Shown piece after piece: positions 1 through 9,552 of a stretch of DNA of 30,162 nucleotides. The position numbers and the translations under genes are program-made. Every line of letters starts with the position of its first letter. Position 1 is the stretch's first letter. The DNA comes from a virus (lineage: Duplodnaviria; Heunggongvirae; Uroviricota; Caudoviricetes): IMG/VR virus record IMGVR_UViG_2545824717_000013. One strand, 5' to 3'. The notes beneath the pieces were generated by a model. It did no database searches. It saw only the letters and a list, made by a program, of their open reading frames with translations, and had not been told where the DNA came from.

Positions 1-483
1 ATGACGAAGAAAAAAGCACATAAACCTGGTTCAGCGACCATCGCGCTTAACAAGCGCGCCCGTCACGAATACTTTATCGAAGAAGAGTTCGAAGCGGGAC
101 TTGCCCTGCAAGGCTGGGAAGTTAAATCCCTGCGCGCAGGAAAAGCCAATATCAGCGACAGCTATGTCCTTCTGCGTGACGGAGAAGCGTTCCTGTTTGG
201 CGCAAACATCACGCCAATGGCAGTGGCCTCCACGCATGTGGTGTGCGATCCTACCCGTACCCGCAAGTTACTTCTCAACCAGCGCGAACTGGACTCATTG
301 TACGGTCGCGTCAATCGAGAAGGCTATACCGTAGTGGCGCTCTCCCTGTACTGGAAAAATGCCTGGTGCAAAGTGAAAATCGGCGTCGCCAAAGGTAAGA
401 AACAGCACGATAAACGTTCAGATATCAAAGAGCGCGAATGGCAGGGGGATAAAGCGCGTATCATGAAAAACGCCCACCGTTAA
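1..483 (+). CDS. smpB: SsrA-binding protein SmpB
   Basis: 160-aa ORF; sequence recognised as enterobacterial SmpB; immediately upstream of tmRNA gene as in E. coli. Confidence 0.95.
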   Translation: MTKKKAHKPGSATIALNKRARHEYFIEEEFEAGLALQGWEVKSLRAGKANISDSYVLLRDGEAFLFGANITPMAVASTHVVCDPTRTRKLLLNQRELDSLYGRVNREGYTVVALSLYWKNAWCKVKIGVAKGKKQHDKRSDIKEREWQGDKARIMKNAHR

Positions 484-697
484 ACCTGCACTCCAATTAT
501 TGACCAGTTCCTCACCGCGCCTCCCTCTCCGGCGGCGCGAATGAACATCTTATTGGCTATCACATCCGACACAAATGTTGCCATCCCATTGCTTAATCGA
601 ATAAAAATCAGGCTACATGGGTGCTAAATCTTTAACGATAACGCCATTGAGGCTGGTCATGGCGCTCATAAATCTGGTATACTTACCTTTACACATT

Positions 698-1060
698 GGG
701 GCTGATTCTGGATTCGACGGGATTTGCGAAACCCAAGGTGCATGCCGAGGGGCGGTTGGCCTCGTAAAAAGCCGCAAAAAATAGTCGCAAACGACGAAAA
801 CTACGCTTTAGCAGCTTAATAACCTGCTTAGAGCCCTCTCTCCCTAGCCTCCGCTCTTAGGACGGGGATCAAGAGAGGTCAAACCCAAAAGAGATCGCGT
901 GGAAGCCCTGCCTGGGGTTGAAGCGTTAAAACTTAATCAGGCTAGTTTGTTAGTGGCGTGTCCGTCCGCAGCTGGCAAGCGAATGTAAAGACTGACTAAG
1001 CATGTAGTACCGAGGATGTAGGAATTTCGGACGCGGGTTCAACTCCCGCCAGCTCCACCA
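698..1060 (+). ncRNA. ssrA: tmRNA (SsrA), about 363 nt
   Basis: Starts GGGGCTGATTCTGGATTCGACGGG and ends GGTTCAACTCCCGCCAGCTCCACCA; contains tag-peptide reading frame region (GCAAACGACGAAAACTACGCTTTAGCAGCTTAA); position after smpB. Confidence 0.93.
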
Positions 1061-1064
1061 AATA
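1016..1064. repeat. attL: 49-bp direct repeat comprising the 3' end of ssrA (copy 1 of 2)
   Basis: Sequence atgtaggaatttcggacgcgggttcaactcccgccagctccaccaaata recurs identically at about 24337..24385. Confidence 0.8.
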
Positions 1065-1070
1065 AATCAA

Positions 1071-1103
1071 GGGGTTACGTGAAAGCGTAGCCCCTTTTTC
1101 TTT
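1071..1103 (+). terminator. Rho-independent terminator downstream of ssrA
   Basis: GGGGTTACG / CGTAGCCCC stem (one G-U pair) with tgaaag loop followed by a T-run. Confidence 0.5.
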
Positions 1104-1106
1104 GGT

Positions 1107-1129
1107 AGTGGCGGCAAAATGGCGACAGA
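1107..1129 (+). repeat. 23-bp direct repeat AGTGGCGGCAAAATGGCGACAGA (copy 1), candidate integrase arm-type site
   Basis: Exact second copy at about 24222..24244; both lie inside the prophage within about 100 bp of the att core. Confidence 0.4.
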
Positions 1130-1183
1130 CTTTTGCGTCCATCTTGCCTGTCGCCATCTTGAAATCATGCAAAGAGGTTTCAC

Positions 1184-1507
1184 ATGGAAGAACTTCACTT
1201 TGTTTACATCAATGCAAATGGTCGTATCGCTGTTCACTCTATACAGAGCATCAGTTATAGCGAAAATCATATACAGGGCATTTGTAAGAACACCGATCGA
1301 ATAAAAACCTTCCGAAAAGACCGCATTCTTAAACAGTACGATTCACCAGAACAAGCCATTCAGGAATGCGCGTCATTCCTCCCCGAAAGCTACTCACATC
1401 TCACTAAGCAGTCTGGTCCGAAAAAAATACATTCGATGTGTGTTTCACCGGATTTAAGAAAGCAGATAAAGAAAGATTGGTTGATAAGGCGAATGAACAA
1501 GGATTAA
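1184..1507 (+). CDS. WYL-like domain protein (N-terminal part of a probable WYL-BRCT gene split by a frameshift)
   Basis: ORF with AGAGG RBS; motif ...HIQGIC...RIKTFRKDRI resembles the WYL-domain FRxDRI signature; overlaps the next ORF in another frame. Confidence 0.5.
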   Translation: MEELHFVYINANGRIAVHSIQSISYSENHIQGICKNTDRIKTFRKDRILKQYDSPEQAIQECASFLPESYSHLTKQSGPKKIHSMCVSPDLRKQIKKDWLIRRMNKD

Positions 1508-1665
1508 CGGTAAGAACCTCTATAACCCAAAGCCTTCAGATGCTCTGTTGCGGTTACAATGCAGGCCCATCAAAAGTATCGGCAGCCAGGATGAAAGGCA
1601 CAATCATCATAGATGAGCTTGGCTTTATACATTTTCTTGAAACGGGTGAGATCCCAGATGAATAA
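1438..1665 (+). CDS. BRCT-like domain ORF (probable C-terminal part of the same gene, GTG-initiated in the ORF track)
   Basis: Sequence FTGFKKADKERLVDKANEQGLTV...IIDELGFIHFLETG resembles BRCT domains (as at the C-terminus of NAD-dependent DNA ligases); frame is open back to about 1408. Confidence 0.45.
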   Translation: MCFTGFKKADKERLVDKANEQGLTVRTSITQSLQMLCCGYNAGPSKVSAARMKGTIIIDELGFIHFLETGEIPDE

Positions 1666-1692
1666 AAACCTGCCGTAGCAGGTTCTCTTTCT
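1664..1692. terminator. Bidirectional hairpin between convergent BRCT-like ORF and ogr
   Basis: AACCTGC-cgta-GCAGGTT stem-loop flanked by A-run upstream and T-rich run downstream. Confidence 0.4.
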
Positions 1693-1907
1693 CAAAAATT
1701 CATATGCCCCTGACCACCTGGCAATGGATGTGGAGGAGCAGTAGCAATCAGTGCGGGTGTCACAATAAACCGGACCACTGTTTCATGAGTAACAAAAGTG
1801 CTCCCGCAGTTAATATTTTGGCACTGGCAGTAACGCTCTTTGGTGCTTTCAGTTACTTGAAAACTGCTCCTTGTGTGTGCCGCATGACCACACTTTGGAC
1901 AATTCAT
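1692..1907 (-). CDS. ogr: Ogr-type zinc-finger late-gene transcription activator
   Basis: MNCPKCGHAAH...ERYCQCQNINC: four-Cys zinc finger typical of P2 Ogr; start placed at internal Met of the 87-aa ORF to give about 72 aa. Confidence 0.8.
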   Translation of the reverse strand: MNCPKCGHAAHTRSSFQVTESTKERYCQCQNINCGSTFVTHETVVRFIVTPALIATAPPHPLPGGQGHMNF

Positions 1908-1978
1908 CATATCCAGATCCCTACCTTTGCTATCAGAATCATTGTAATGATACACAAAATATCAATATTGAGAACACT

Positions 1979-3079
1979 TTATTCCATTTCAAGATCATCA
2001 ATCTTCACTTCGAGTTCAATACTGGTTGTAAAACCGTTATCCGGGCTGACGGTATGTGTCAGAGTCGTAATGGTCCATTCCGCATCATCTATCGGCTGTT
2101 TAAAACCACTGACCTTCACAGGCATTTCCGTGTAGAGATCTGCCCGCCCTTCTGCCAGTTGTAGCGAAAATGACGCAACGCCGCGTTGCAGGCGTTCCCA
2201 CTGCATTTTCGCCGCTCGTTCGGCGTTGCTCCGGTTGGCATAAGTGCGATTAAGTACCAGCACGTTTTCATCCGTACCCACCAGGTAATCGCCCTGCTTC
2301 GCTTCTGGCTCTTTCTTCTGCTTCTTAGTTCTGCGCTTACGCTTCACCGTGGTGCTTTCTTTCTTCGCAGGTTCGCGGGTATGCAACCAGCTGGCAATTA
2401 CGCCCGTGTAGGCTCCGCGATCTGCCAGGGTAAATCGGTGACTGTCGCCGTCCTTGCGTGTGATAGTGATCACTGGCAGAGGTTTACCAGTGGCGCTTTT
2501 GCCCTGCCCCTGCCGGATGAATAACAGATTGCCATTTTTCACCGACGCGATGGCACCGTACTGTCGCGCCAGCCGCATCAGAAAACTGCCGTCACTCTCA
2601 TTAGTCTGGTCTATATGCTCCACGGGCTTATCCGACAGGTCTTTACCCAGTGCCATCTTCAGCTTGTGCCGCGCGGCTATTTCCTTCACCACTTCCCCGA
2701 CGGTGGTCTTATGCCACGATTTTTCACGGCGGGTATTCAGCGTTTCCCGAAAATCAGCACTTCGCGCCCGGATAGTCAGGCGGTCCGGTGCGCCAGTGTG
2801 TTCAATCTCGTCCACTGTGAATGCCCCTTTCGGGAAAAGCGGCTGCCCCTTCCAGCCCAGCGCCAGCGTAATAACCGCACCACGGCGCGGCAGCACGATT
2901 TTTCCGTCAGCGTCATCCAGCTCCAGATCAAGCTGGTCCGCTTCAAAGCCCCGGTTATCCGTCAGCGTCAAACTCATCAGGCGGTTATCCAGCACAGTGG
3001 TGATATCCCTGCCCTCAATACTGATGCTGAATGCGGGAGTTTTGTTGCCTTTGTTAAGCAGTTCAGAGCTGAAATTCAC
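1979..3079 (-). CDS. D: Phage late control/tail protein gpD
   Basis: 366-aa ORF (GTG start) at end of FETUD tail operon; recognised as P2 gpD-like. Confidence 0.85.
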   Translation of the reverse strand: MNFSSELLNKGNKTPAFSISIEGRDITTVLDNRLMSLTLTDNRGFEADQLDLELDDADGKIVLPRRGAVITLALGWKGQPLFPKGAFTVDEIEHTGAPDRLTIRARSADFRETLNTRREKSWHKTTVGEVVKEIAARHKLKMALGKDLSDKPVEHIDQTNESDGSFLMRLARQYGAIASVKNGNLLFIRQGQGKSATGKPLPVITITRKDGDSHRFTLADRGAYTGVIASWLHTREPAKKESTTVKRKRRTKKQKKEPEAKQGDYLVGTDENVLVLNRTYANRSNAERAAKMQWERLQRGVASFSLQLAEGRADLYTEMPVKVSGFKQPIDDAEWTITTLTHTVSPDNGFTTSIELEVKIDDLEME

Positions 3080-3561
3080 GACAGCAGCCCTCCCACCGTT
3101 TTACTGATATCACTTAAGGCAGACGTTGCCGTGTCCTGCAGATTATTCAGTTGCGCACTGAGATCACCGAACATATCGGACAGGGATTCATCCACTCGTT
3201 TGAGCGACAGGGTGAACTCAATCCGGCGCGGCATACCGTCGCGGAAAAACTCCGTTTTAGTCTGATTCAGTCCCTCAATCACATACATGCCGTAAATCGT
3301 GCCGCTGCCTTCAATCAGGGGCCATGCTTTCCCCTGTTCTGCCATCTGCTCCAGTGCCAGCAACGACAGCCTGCCACCTGTTATTTCCGGCATAAGAACA
3401 CCGGAAAGCGTCAGCATGTCGTTTTCCGGTCCCAGAAACTGCGTGGACGGACGTCGGTTTACCCGACTGTTTGCCGCATGTCGCCAGCTGCGTTGATACT
3501 GCAGTTCCTGATACGGAACGGTGCGCAGCATAAACACGTACAATCCCAGCACCATCATCAT
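3076..3561 (-). CDS. U: Phage tail protein gpU
   Basis: 161-aa ORF between tape measure and D, overlapping stop/start; P2 gpU-like. Confidence 0.8.
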   Translation of the reverse strand: MMMVLGLYVFMLRTVPYQELQYQRSWRHAANSRVNRRPSTQFLGPENDMLTLSGVLMPEITGGRLSLLALEQMAEQGKAWPLIEGSGTIYGMYVIEGLNQTKTEFFRDGMPRRIEFTLSLKRVDESLSDMFGDLSAQLNNLQDTATSALSDISKTVGGLLS

Positions 3562-6500
3562 GCGTCGTATCCCCCCTGATCGCTGTAGTTACTCCTGGCT
3601 TTTGCCTTCAGCCTGCGTTCACGTTCATCAAGCTGGCGTGCCACCTCCCGCGCAATATCCTGCGCACTTTGTCCTGGCTGCGTCTGAATGATGATCTGCG
3701 TCGGTGCCTCAATCCGTTGAACGAGCGGCACAGTGGCTGCGCGACTCACAATTGCTTCTCCACCTTTCGCGGGAAGTGCCAAAGGGTGCAACGGTGGAAG
3801 CTCTGCTGGCGCGGCAGCAACGCCCATCATTCCGGCAACAACGGCAGCCAGTGCAGCTGTATTTCTCCGGCTGGTCACATTTGCCGGGCCGTTAACAATT
3901 TCCGGCCCGTTTTCACCGACGATGCCAAACTGCCCGCGCGGGATATACCCGCCGCTGTCATACATCCCCGCAAAGCCATATCCCCATGATGGAAAACCAC
4001 CCGATGGCATCATCACTTTACCGTCTGCATTCACCGTCGCAGGTTTCTGACGCGTCACGCTTTCCGGCAGTTTTGCCTTTGCGGCCTCTTTACTGACAAT
4101 GCCGAGCTTCTCCAGCAACCAGGAAACGCCGGATTTCAGGGAGTCCAGCGGATGCATGACCATATTCAGCCCTTCCGCCAGTGCCTCCCCGAATCGCCGC
4201 CCCATTGCCGCTGCGCTCTGCAGTTCGGCAGAGGTCGACTTAACGGGCGTCAGCAGATCAGTAAACCAGCCCCACAGCGCCTGCACTTTGTCGCCAATCC
4301 ACTGGAACACGGGCTTAAGCGGTTCGAACGCTGCACTGATGGGACCTGCCGCCGCTTTGAATCCTTCCACCACGCCACCGAGAAATGCGGTGATGGGTTG
4401 CCAGTATTTCCAGACAACCAGCGCCACGCCCGCCAGTGCAGTAACCACAAGACCTATCGGACTGAGCAGAGCACCTAACAGACCAGATATGGCATACAGG
4501 GCAACGCGCAGCATCGCCAGTGGACCAGATGCCAGTACTCGCAGCACCGTGCCTGCGGCGGCCAGTCCACCGCGCAGTACCGCCAGAGGATTCATAAACA
4601 TCACAGCAACAGCACGTAAACCGGATAATCCAGACCGCAAAAGTGCAACCGGCGCACCTGCTACAGTTTTCAGGACATTTCCCGTCAGTGATGCCGTGCG
4701 GCGCAAAGACGACAACGGCGCAGTAAGTAAACCTGCGGCGTTGCCCGATGAAGCAAGCCCGCGTCGCAGCAGTGCCAGTGGTGCGCCAGCCAGCCAGGAC
4801 AACGCGCTGCTGGTTCGAGTTACTGCTGCCGTAACGGAAGATAACGTTTTGATACCCAACACAGAGAATCCCAGACGGATCACTGCCAGCGGCCCCAGCA
4901 CTGCAGCCAGCGCCACCGCTAAGGTGCCGAGGCCGACGGTAACCGCAGCCACAACAGCCGATGCTTTCATCAGTGTGCCTGTCAGTTCCGGGTTAGCTTC
5001 CACCCAGCGACGCAACGCCCCCGTGACGCTTTTCACCGTGTACAGAATATCCATCAGCGGCTGGCGCAGCGTTTCGCCCAGGCTGCTGAAGGTGTTCTGC
5101 GCTCCGGTTTTGACCAGCAACCACTGCGCAGAAAGTGAATCCTTGTTAATGTCGGATTCTTTCTGCATGGAGCCGAGCGCATCATTGCCCGCTGTCAGTT
5201 TTAACTGACGCTGCAGTTCCCGCAGGTTGTTTGCCAGTTTCGCCGCGTCATCGCCAAACTCTTTACCAAACAACATAGTCATGGCAGACAGGCGCTTGTC
5301 CTGCGGCAGCGCGTTTACCTTCTCCAGCACGCGCTGGATGGTTCCCATCGCATCCTTCGTCATCTGCTTTTCAATCACTTCAGGATTGAGTTTCAGCAGA
5401 TTCATCCCTTCAAAGAAACTCTTGCTTTGCATGGTGGCAATGGACAATTCACGCACCATCGCGTTTGCTGCACTGGCTGCAACCTCTGGCGCAGCGCCCA
5501 GTGTCAGGAAGGTGGAACCCAGCGCCGCCGCTTTACGATAATCCAGACGGTCAGCCACACCGCCCAGACGTTGCATCACATCAATGATGTCTGCCCCTTT
5601 CGACATGGCGTTATCATCCAGATAGTTCAGCGCATCACCGAGCTGTTCAATATTGCGGGTGGGGATTTTGTAGAGCTGGGCGATTTTCCCCAGACTTTCT
5701 GACAGTTCATCCGCTGGCAGCTCAAAGGCTGTTGCCGCCTTTGCTGCCGTACTGGCGAAGGCCAGCAGGTCACGTTTCTGATCTTCCCAGCTGTCGTCAG
5801 GGTTTGCGACGTTCATGCGCGCACCACCTTCAACCAGTGCAGCGAAGTCCACCGCACCGTTTTCCATCGGCAACTGTTCGCTGGCAGCCTTGATGGCATC
5901 CTGCATTTCATAAAAACGTGCAGTGCGGTTGCCATTATCGTCACGCAGACCATTGACCTGCTTTGCCACACCTTTCATGGCATCTTCCATGCTGGTATAG
6001 CTTTTTACTGCCGCCATCACTGGCGCACCCATTGCCAGCCCTGCAGCCGAGGTGGTGGCTCCGGCACCTGCAATACGATCACGCACCTCCAGCGAACGGG
6101 CATAACTGGCACGCGCTGCATTCATCCTGCGCTGAGCTTCCCCCAGTCGCTTCAGCCGCGCCTCCTGTTTCGAAAGTTCCTGGTTATAACGTGATGTTTC
6201 ACGGGCTAAACGGGCAGTTGCTCCCGCATCGTCTTTCGCAGAAATTCCCGCCCGGTACAGTTCAGCACGCACAAGCGCCGTCTGCTGCTGCAGCTTTTTC
6301 TGGCGTTCTTCCAGGCGCTGAACAGCCAGCCGTTGACGGCCCAGAGCAACAACCTGACGTTGCGAAGGCGGCCCCATCGCTCCCAGTTCCTGACTGAGCA
6401 AATTTGCACGCTGGCGGGCATAGTTCAGCCTGTCGCCTAATTTCTGATTTTCTGCCTGCAGCTTTCGGAAGCTGTCCAGACTGCTCCCGGCCTGATCAAG

Positions 6501-6635
6501 CTGCTTTATTGCATCGCGGGATTTTTTGACAGCAGCAGCCAGTTCTCTTGAACTGGCCTGCGCAGATCGAAATGGGCGGGTGAGCTTGTCAACCGCATTA
6601 AGAATGACCTGCAGACGCAGGTTGTTATCACTCAT
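3558..6635 (-). CDS. T: Tail tape measure protein gpT
   Basis: 1025-aa ORF, N-terminal coiled-coil-rich and central Ala/Gly/Leu-rich repeats; position after E/E'. Confidence 0.9.
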   Translation of the reverse strand: MSDNNLRLQVILNAVDKLTRPFRSAQASSRELAAAVKKSRDAIKQLDQAGSSLDSFRKLQAENQKLGDRLNYARQRANLLSQELGAMGPPSQRQVVALGRQRLAVQRLEERQKKLQQQTALVRAELYRAGISAKDDAGATARLARETSRYNQELSKQEARLKRLGEAQRRMNAARASYARSLEVRDRIAGAGATTSAAGLAMGAPVMAAVKSYTSMEDAMKGVAKQVNGLRDDNGNRTARFYEMQDAIKAASEQLPMENGAVDFAALVEGGARMNVANPDDSWEDQKRDLLAFASTAAKAATAFELPADELSESLGKIAQLYKIPTRNIEQLGDALNYLDDNAMSKGADIIDVMQRLGGVADRLDYRKAAALGSTFLTLGAAPEVAASAANAMVRELSIATMQSKSFFEGMNLLKLNPEVIEKQMTKDAMGTIQRVLEKVNALPQDKRLSAMTMLFGKEFGDDAAKLANNLRELQRQLKLTAGNDALGSMQKESDINKDSLSAQWLLVKTGAQNTFSSLGETLRQPLMDILYTVKSVTGALRRWVEANPELTGTLMKASAVVAAVTVGLGTLAVALAAVLGPLAVIRLGFSVLGIKTLSSVTAAVTRTSSALSWLAGAPLALLRRGLASSGNAAGLLTAPLSSLRRTASLTGNVLKTVAGAPVALLRSGLSGLRAVAVMFMNPLAVLRGGLAAAGTVLRVLASGPLAMLRVALYAISGLLGALLSPIGLVVTALAGVALVVWKYWQPITAFLGGVVEGFKAAAGPISAAFEPLKPVFQWIGDKVQALWGWFTDLLTPVKSTSAELQSAAAMGRRFGEALAEGLNMVMHPLDSLKSGVSWLLEKLGIVSKEAAKAKLPESVTRQKPATVNADGKVMMPSGGFPSWGYGFAGMYDSGGYIPRGQFGIVGENGPEIVNGPANVTSRRNTAALAAVVAGMMGVAAAPAELPPLHPLALPAKGGEAIVSRAATVPLVQRIEAPTQIIIQTQPGQSAQDIAREVARQLDERERRLKAKARSNYSDQGGYDA

Positions 6636-6761
6636 CGTTGGCCCCGCTTCTCTGAATCGCTTTATACCGCCATTCCAGCACTTCGGTCAGCGGCATAACG
6701 TCAGTAACGGATGGCGGCCAGTGAAAAATGGTGGCGATATCTGCCACCAGATCGTCAACCG

Positions 6762-7064
6762 TCAGGCTGTCGGTAAACCGGCAAGCACCGACTTCTTCAA
6801 CAAAAAAGTGACAACCTCAACCGACATGGCAGTGAGATCTGCCGGGTCCATCTCTGCAATTTCCTGTGCAGTCAGTGCCGGACTGGAGATGCGGGGGATC
6901 ACGGTCATCATCGCGTTTACATCCATATCCATAATGGCCTGCAGGCGTGTACCGCGCAGCGCACCGGACTGCGGTTTACGCAGCACAATTTCGGTGATTT
7001 CTGTTTTACCGCGCTTGATGGGGGTATCCAGTTGAATGGTCTTTTCAGTCTGCTTATCGCTCAT
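6762..7064 (-). CDS. E: Tail assembly chaperone gpE (E' extension by -1 frameshift to about 6633)
   Basis: 100-aa ORF between FII and T; contains T6G slippery run near its 3' end. Confidence 0.75.
   Translation of the reverse strand: MSDKQTEKTIQLDTPIKRGKTEITEIVLRKPQSGALRGTRLQAIMDMDVNAMMTVIPRISSPALTAQEIAEMDPADLTAMSVEVVTFLLKKSVLAGLPTA
6801..6808 (-). other. Slippery heptamer TTTTTTG for programmed -1 frameshift (E to E+E')
   Basis: Minus-strand CTTTTTTG within codons V-T-F-L-L-K-K of gpE; alternative frame appears to end in a TGA overlapping the ATG of T. Confidence 0.5.
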
Positions 7065-7118
7065 TTTGCTGTCCTGTCAATTGGGTTCTGGCGCGGTATC
7101 CCGCGCCGTTCAGATATA

Positions 7119-7634
7119 TCAGAGGCCGAGGGCGTTGCGGTGCGCTTCCATCAGGTCCACACCGTCCACAATTTCCACCATGTTGATAAGGTCCACTTCA
7201 TAGAGCACCTCACCATTGATGGTCAGCTTCGCGTAGCTGTTGGTACTGGTCACTTTGGTGGTGTTGCTTTCGCCCGTCTTCCACTCGCCGGAATCCACTT
7301 CTTTGTGACGTCCACGCACGACAAGCTCCACGGCCTGCACTTCCCCGGTATCGTCACGCTGAATAGAGCCGGTAAAGCGCAGCTGGATGCCATCCACCGT
7401 GGCTTTACCCATCTGTTTAAACAGCAGCAATTCAGTACCACCAATGGAAAATTCTGTATCCAGCGCACTGTCATCAAGCCCCAGATCCACATCCACCGCA
7501 CCCGGCATTCCGCCGCCGCGATACTTCTCATATTTGCGGGTAAATTTCGGCAGCGTCAGCGACTCAACGATCCCCTGCCAGTTGTTCCCGTCGTTAAACA
7601 GGTTCAGGTGTTTTAATTTGCGTGGTAAAGCCAT
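7119..7634 (-). CDS. FII: Tail tube protein gpFII
   Basis: 171-aa ORF directly downstream of sheath gene; P2 FII-like. Confidence 0.88.
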   Translation of the reverse strand: MALPRKLKHLNLFNDGNNWQGIVESLTLPKFTRKYEKYRGGGMPGAVDVDLGLDDSALDTEFSIGGTELLLFKQMGKATVDGIQLRFTGSIQRDDTGEVQAVELVVRGRHKEVDSGEWKTGESNTTKVTSTNSYAKLTINGEVLYEVDLINMVEIVDGVDLMEAHRNALGL

Positions 7635-7643
7635 GTTGTCCCC

Positions 7644-8816
7644 TTACGCGCTGACCTGGCTGGCGAAATTCACCAGGTACTGATCGGTGATGCGCTGACG
7701 CAGCATCAGGTTTTCAAGTGGCGGCACTGGCGTGTAGTCGTAGTCGATGGTGAGTTTTCCGGCTTTCAGCGTGTCTTTGTCGTTCACCGACTCATCCAGC
7801 CAGCAATCACCACCAATGAGATAGCCCTGACTGACCAGGCTGCGCATTTTGGCGCGGATACCTTCGATAATGTCGCGGGCCAGCGACGGGTTAAGCGGTT
7901 TATCCACCGCCCACATGTGTGCTTCTGCCATCGTGTCCATCAGCACCTGCGCCGTGCGGGTGTAGTTTTCGAAGGCAAAGAGCGGGTCATCACTCAGGCA
8001 GCGGGAACCCCAGAAGCGGAAACCGTCTTTACGCACAAGCGTGGTGACGTCGTTCTGGTTCAGCAGACCTGCATCGGTTGCCGGGTCCTGCAGATCCCAG
8101 AACACATCTGCAGAAATTCCGGTGACACCGTTCACGCCCACGTTGGACAGGCTTTTGTGCCATCCGGTCTGCTCGTCAATTTTGGCGCGCAGACCAAGCG
8201 CACGGGCGGTGGCATATGCCGTTGCTTCGGCTTTCAGCACCGTGTCCCAGCCAGTAAAGTCAGGCCAGATCAGCATCCCTTCGCGCTGGCTGAAGTTTTC
8301 GCGGTAAGTGATCGCCTCCTGCACTGTCTTGCAGCCATACGCTGACAGGTAAGCAAATCCACGCAGGCTTTGCGCCACGCTCAGCAACTCAGTAGCTACC
8401 GCCTTGGTGTCGTGGCCTGGCACGCCGAGAATGCGCGGTTTAACGCCGAGCTGTGACTGGGCAGATAACAGGGCTTTCATACCTGTTTTTTTACCTTCAG
8501 CAGTCACTGCGCCGATGATATTGGTCGTGGTTTCGTCTTCCGTTTCACCCTGCGGCACACGCACAACAATGGTCACGGGTTTTGCCTGGTCAGCGATGGC
8601 ATCCAGCGAACGGGCCAGAGTACCTGACTCACCCGCTTTACCGCTGGCAGTCAGCACATCAGTGATCAGCACGGGTTTATTAAGAGGAAACATTTTTGCA
8701 TCGGCATCATCGCCCGTGCAGACCATACCCACGATGGCGGTGCTCACCGTGGTAATAGATCGGGTGCCTTCGTTGACTTCAACAACGCGCACCCCGTGGT
8801 GGTAATCCTGAGCCAT
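7644..8816 (-). CDS. FI: Tail sheath protein gpFI
   Basis: 390-aa ORF, P2 FI-like, first gene of FETUD operon. Confidence 0.9.
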   Translation of the reverse strand: MAQDYHHGVRVVEVNEGTRSITTVSTAIVGMVCTGDDADAKMFPLNKPVLITDVLTASGKAGESGTLARSLDAIADQAKPVTIVVRVPQGETEDETTTNIIGAVTAEGKKTGMKALLSAQSQLGVKPRILGVPGHDTKAVATELLSVAQSLRGFAYLSAYGCKTVQEAITYRENFSQREGMLIWPDFTGWDTVLKAEATAYATARALGLRAKIDEQTGWHKSLSNVGVNGVTGISADVFWDLQDPATDAGLLNQNDVTTLVRKDGFRFWGSRCLSDDPLFAFENYTRTAQVLMDTMAEAHMWAVDKPLNPSLARDIIEGIRAKMRSLVSQGYLIGGDCWLDESVNDKDTLKAGKLTIDYDYTPVPPLENLMLRQRITDQYLVNFASQVSA

Positions 8817-8892
8817 AGTGGCGAACCTCCTGATTGGATTAGGCTTCGCCCTATGTTGAAGTGATTGTGCCTGACAAACAGCTAAGCGCAGT

Positions 8893-8910
8893 TGTGTCGT
8901 TATTCACACA
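8893..8910. promoter_or_regulatory. TGT-N12-ACA element, candidate Ogr-dependent late promoter upstream of FI
   Basis: TGTgtcgttattcacACA located about 80-95 bp upstream of the FI start; matches the dyad described for P2 late promoters. Confidence 0.4.
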
Positions 8911-8958
8911 AAATAACGGTATTTGTCTGCTTGCAGGGATAATCAACATAATGCTGAT

Positions 8959-9531
8959 TCAGGGGGATTCATTGATCTTATTTGCCGGAAATTTTCTATA
9001 AATGGTAGAAACGCCTACATCAAAAATCAGTGCAATACGCTGTCTTGATTCTCCGGCCTCGAGTAAACGCCCAATCTGTGCCCACTGTTCGGTGGTCAAC
9101 TTAGGACGGCGTCCACCTACTCTGCCTTTGGCACGAGCTGCAGCCAGCCCTGCCCTGGTACGTTCAACTATCAGTTCGCGTTCCATTTCAGCCAGGGCAC
9201 CCATGACATGAAAAAAGAAACGGCCCATTGGGGTACTGGTATCAATACTGTCAGTCAGGCTTCTGAAATTCACACCACGCTGGCGCAACTCTTCTATCAG
9301 CGTAACAAGATGCCGCATACTGCGCCCCAACCTGTCCAGCTTCCAGACAACCAGCGTGTCTCCTGCCGATAGTGTCCTGAGTAGTTTTTTCAGCCCCGGT
9401 CTGTCGGACTTAGTGCCACTGATTTTGTCCTCAAAAATCCGCTCACATCCCGCGCAGTTCAGTGCATTACGTTGCAAATCGGTGTTCTGGTCATTTGTTG
9501 ACACGCGTACATAGCCAATAAGCATGATCAT
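8959..9531 (-). CDS. Hin/Gin/Pin-family serine DNA invertase
   Basis: 190 aa; MLIGYVRVSTNDQNTDLQRNAL... catalytic Ser motif and C-terminal HTH; closely resembles e14 Pin from memory. Confidence 0.9.
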   Translation of the reverse strand: MIMLIGYVRVSTNDQNTDLQRNALNCAGCERIFEDKISGTKSDRPGLKKLLRTLSAGDTLVVWKLDRLGRSMRHLVTLIEELRQRGVNFRSLTDSIDTSTPMGRFFFHVMGALAEMERELIVERTRAGLAAARAKGRVGGRRPKLTTEQWAQIGRLLEAGESRQRIALIFDVGVSTIYRKFPANKINESP

Positions 9532-9552
9532 CCCCCTGAATAAAAACCGGAG

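Noticed and set aside
1119-1304. 61-aa ORF starting inside the 23-bp repeat near attL
   Set aside because: Overlaps the better-supported WYL-like ORF in another frame, and its ATG is part of a repeat that recurs at the other prophage end; likely non-coding.
2186-3265. Plus-strand ORFs of 112 to 217 aa overlapping gpD and gpU
   Set aside because: Antisense to conserved tail genes; low-complexity translations.
4099-5208. 369-aa plus-strand ORF (and several shorter ones at 3669..4478) inside the tape measure gene
   Set aside because: Antisense to a long, well-supported GC-rich gene; composition is Ala/Ser/Pro/Arg-rich as expected for GC-rich antisense frames; no start or RBS context.
1979-8816. 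Possibility that the retained tail module encodes a functional tailocin
   Set aside because: Sheath, tube, chaperone, tape measure, U and D are present but baseplate, spike and tail-completion genes and the tail-fibre shaft are absent, so an assembled contractile particle is not expected.
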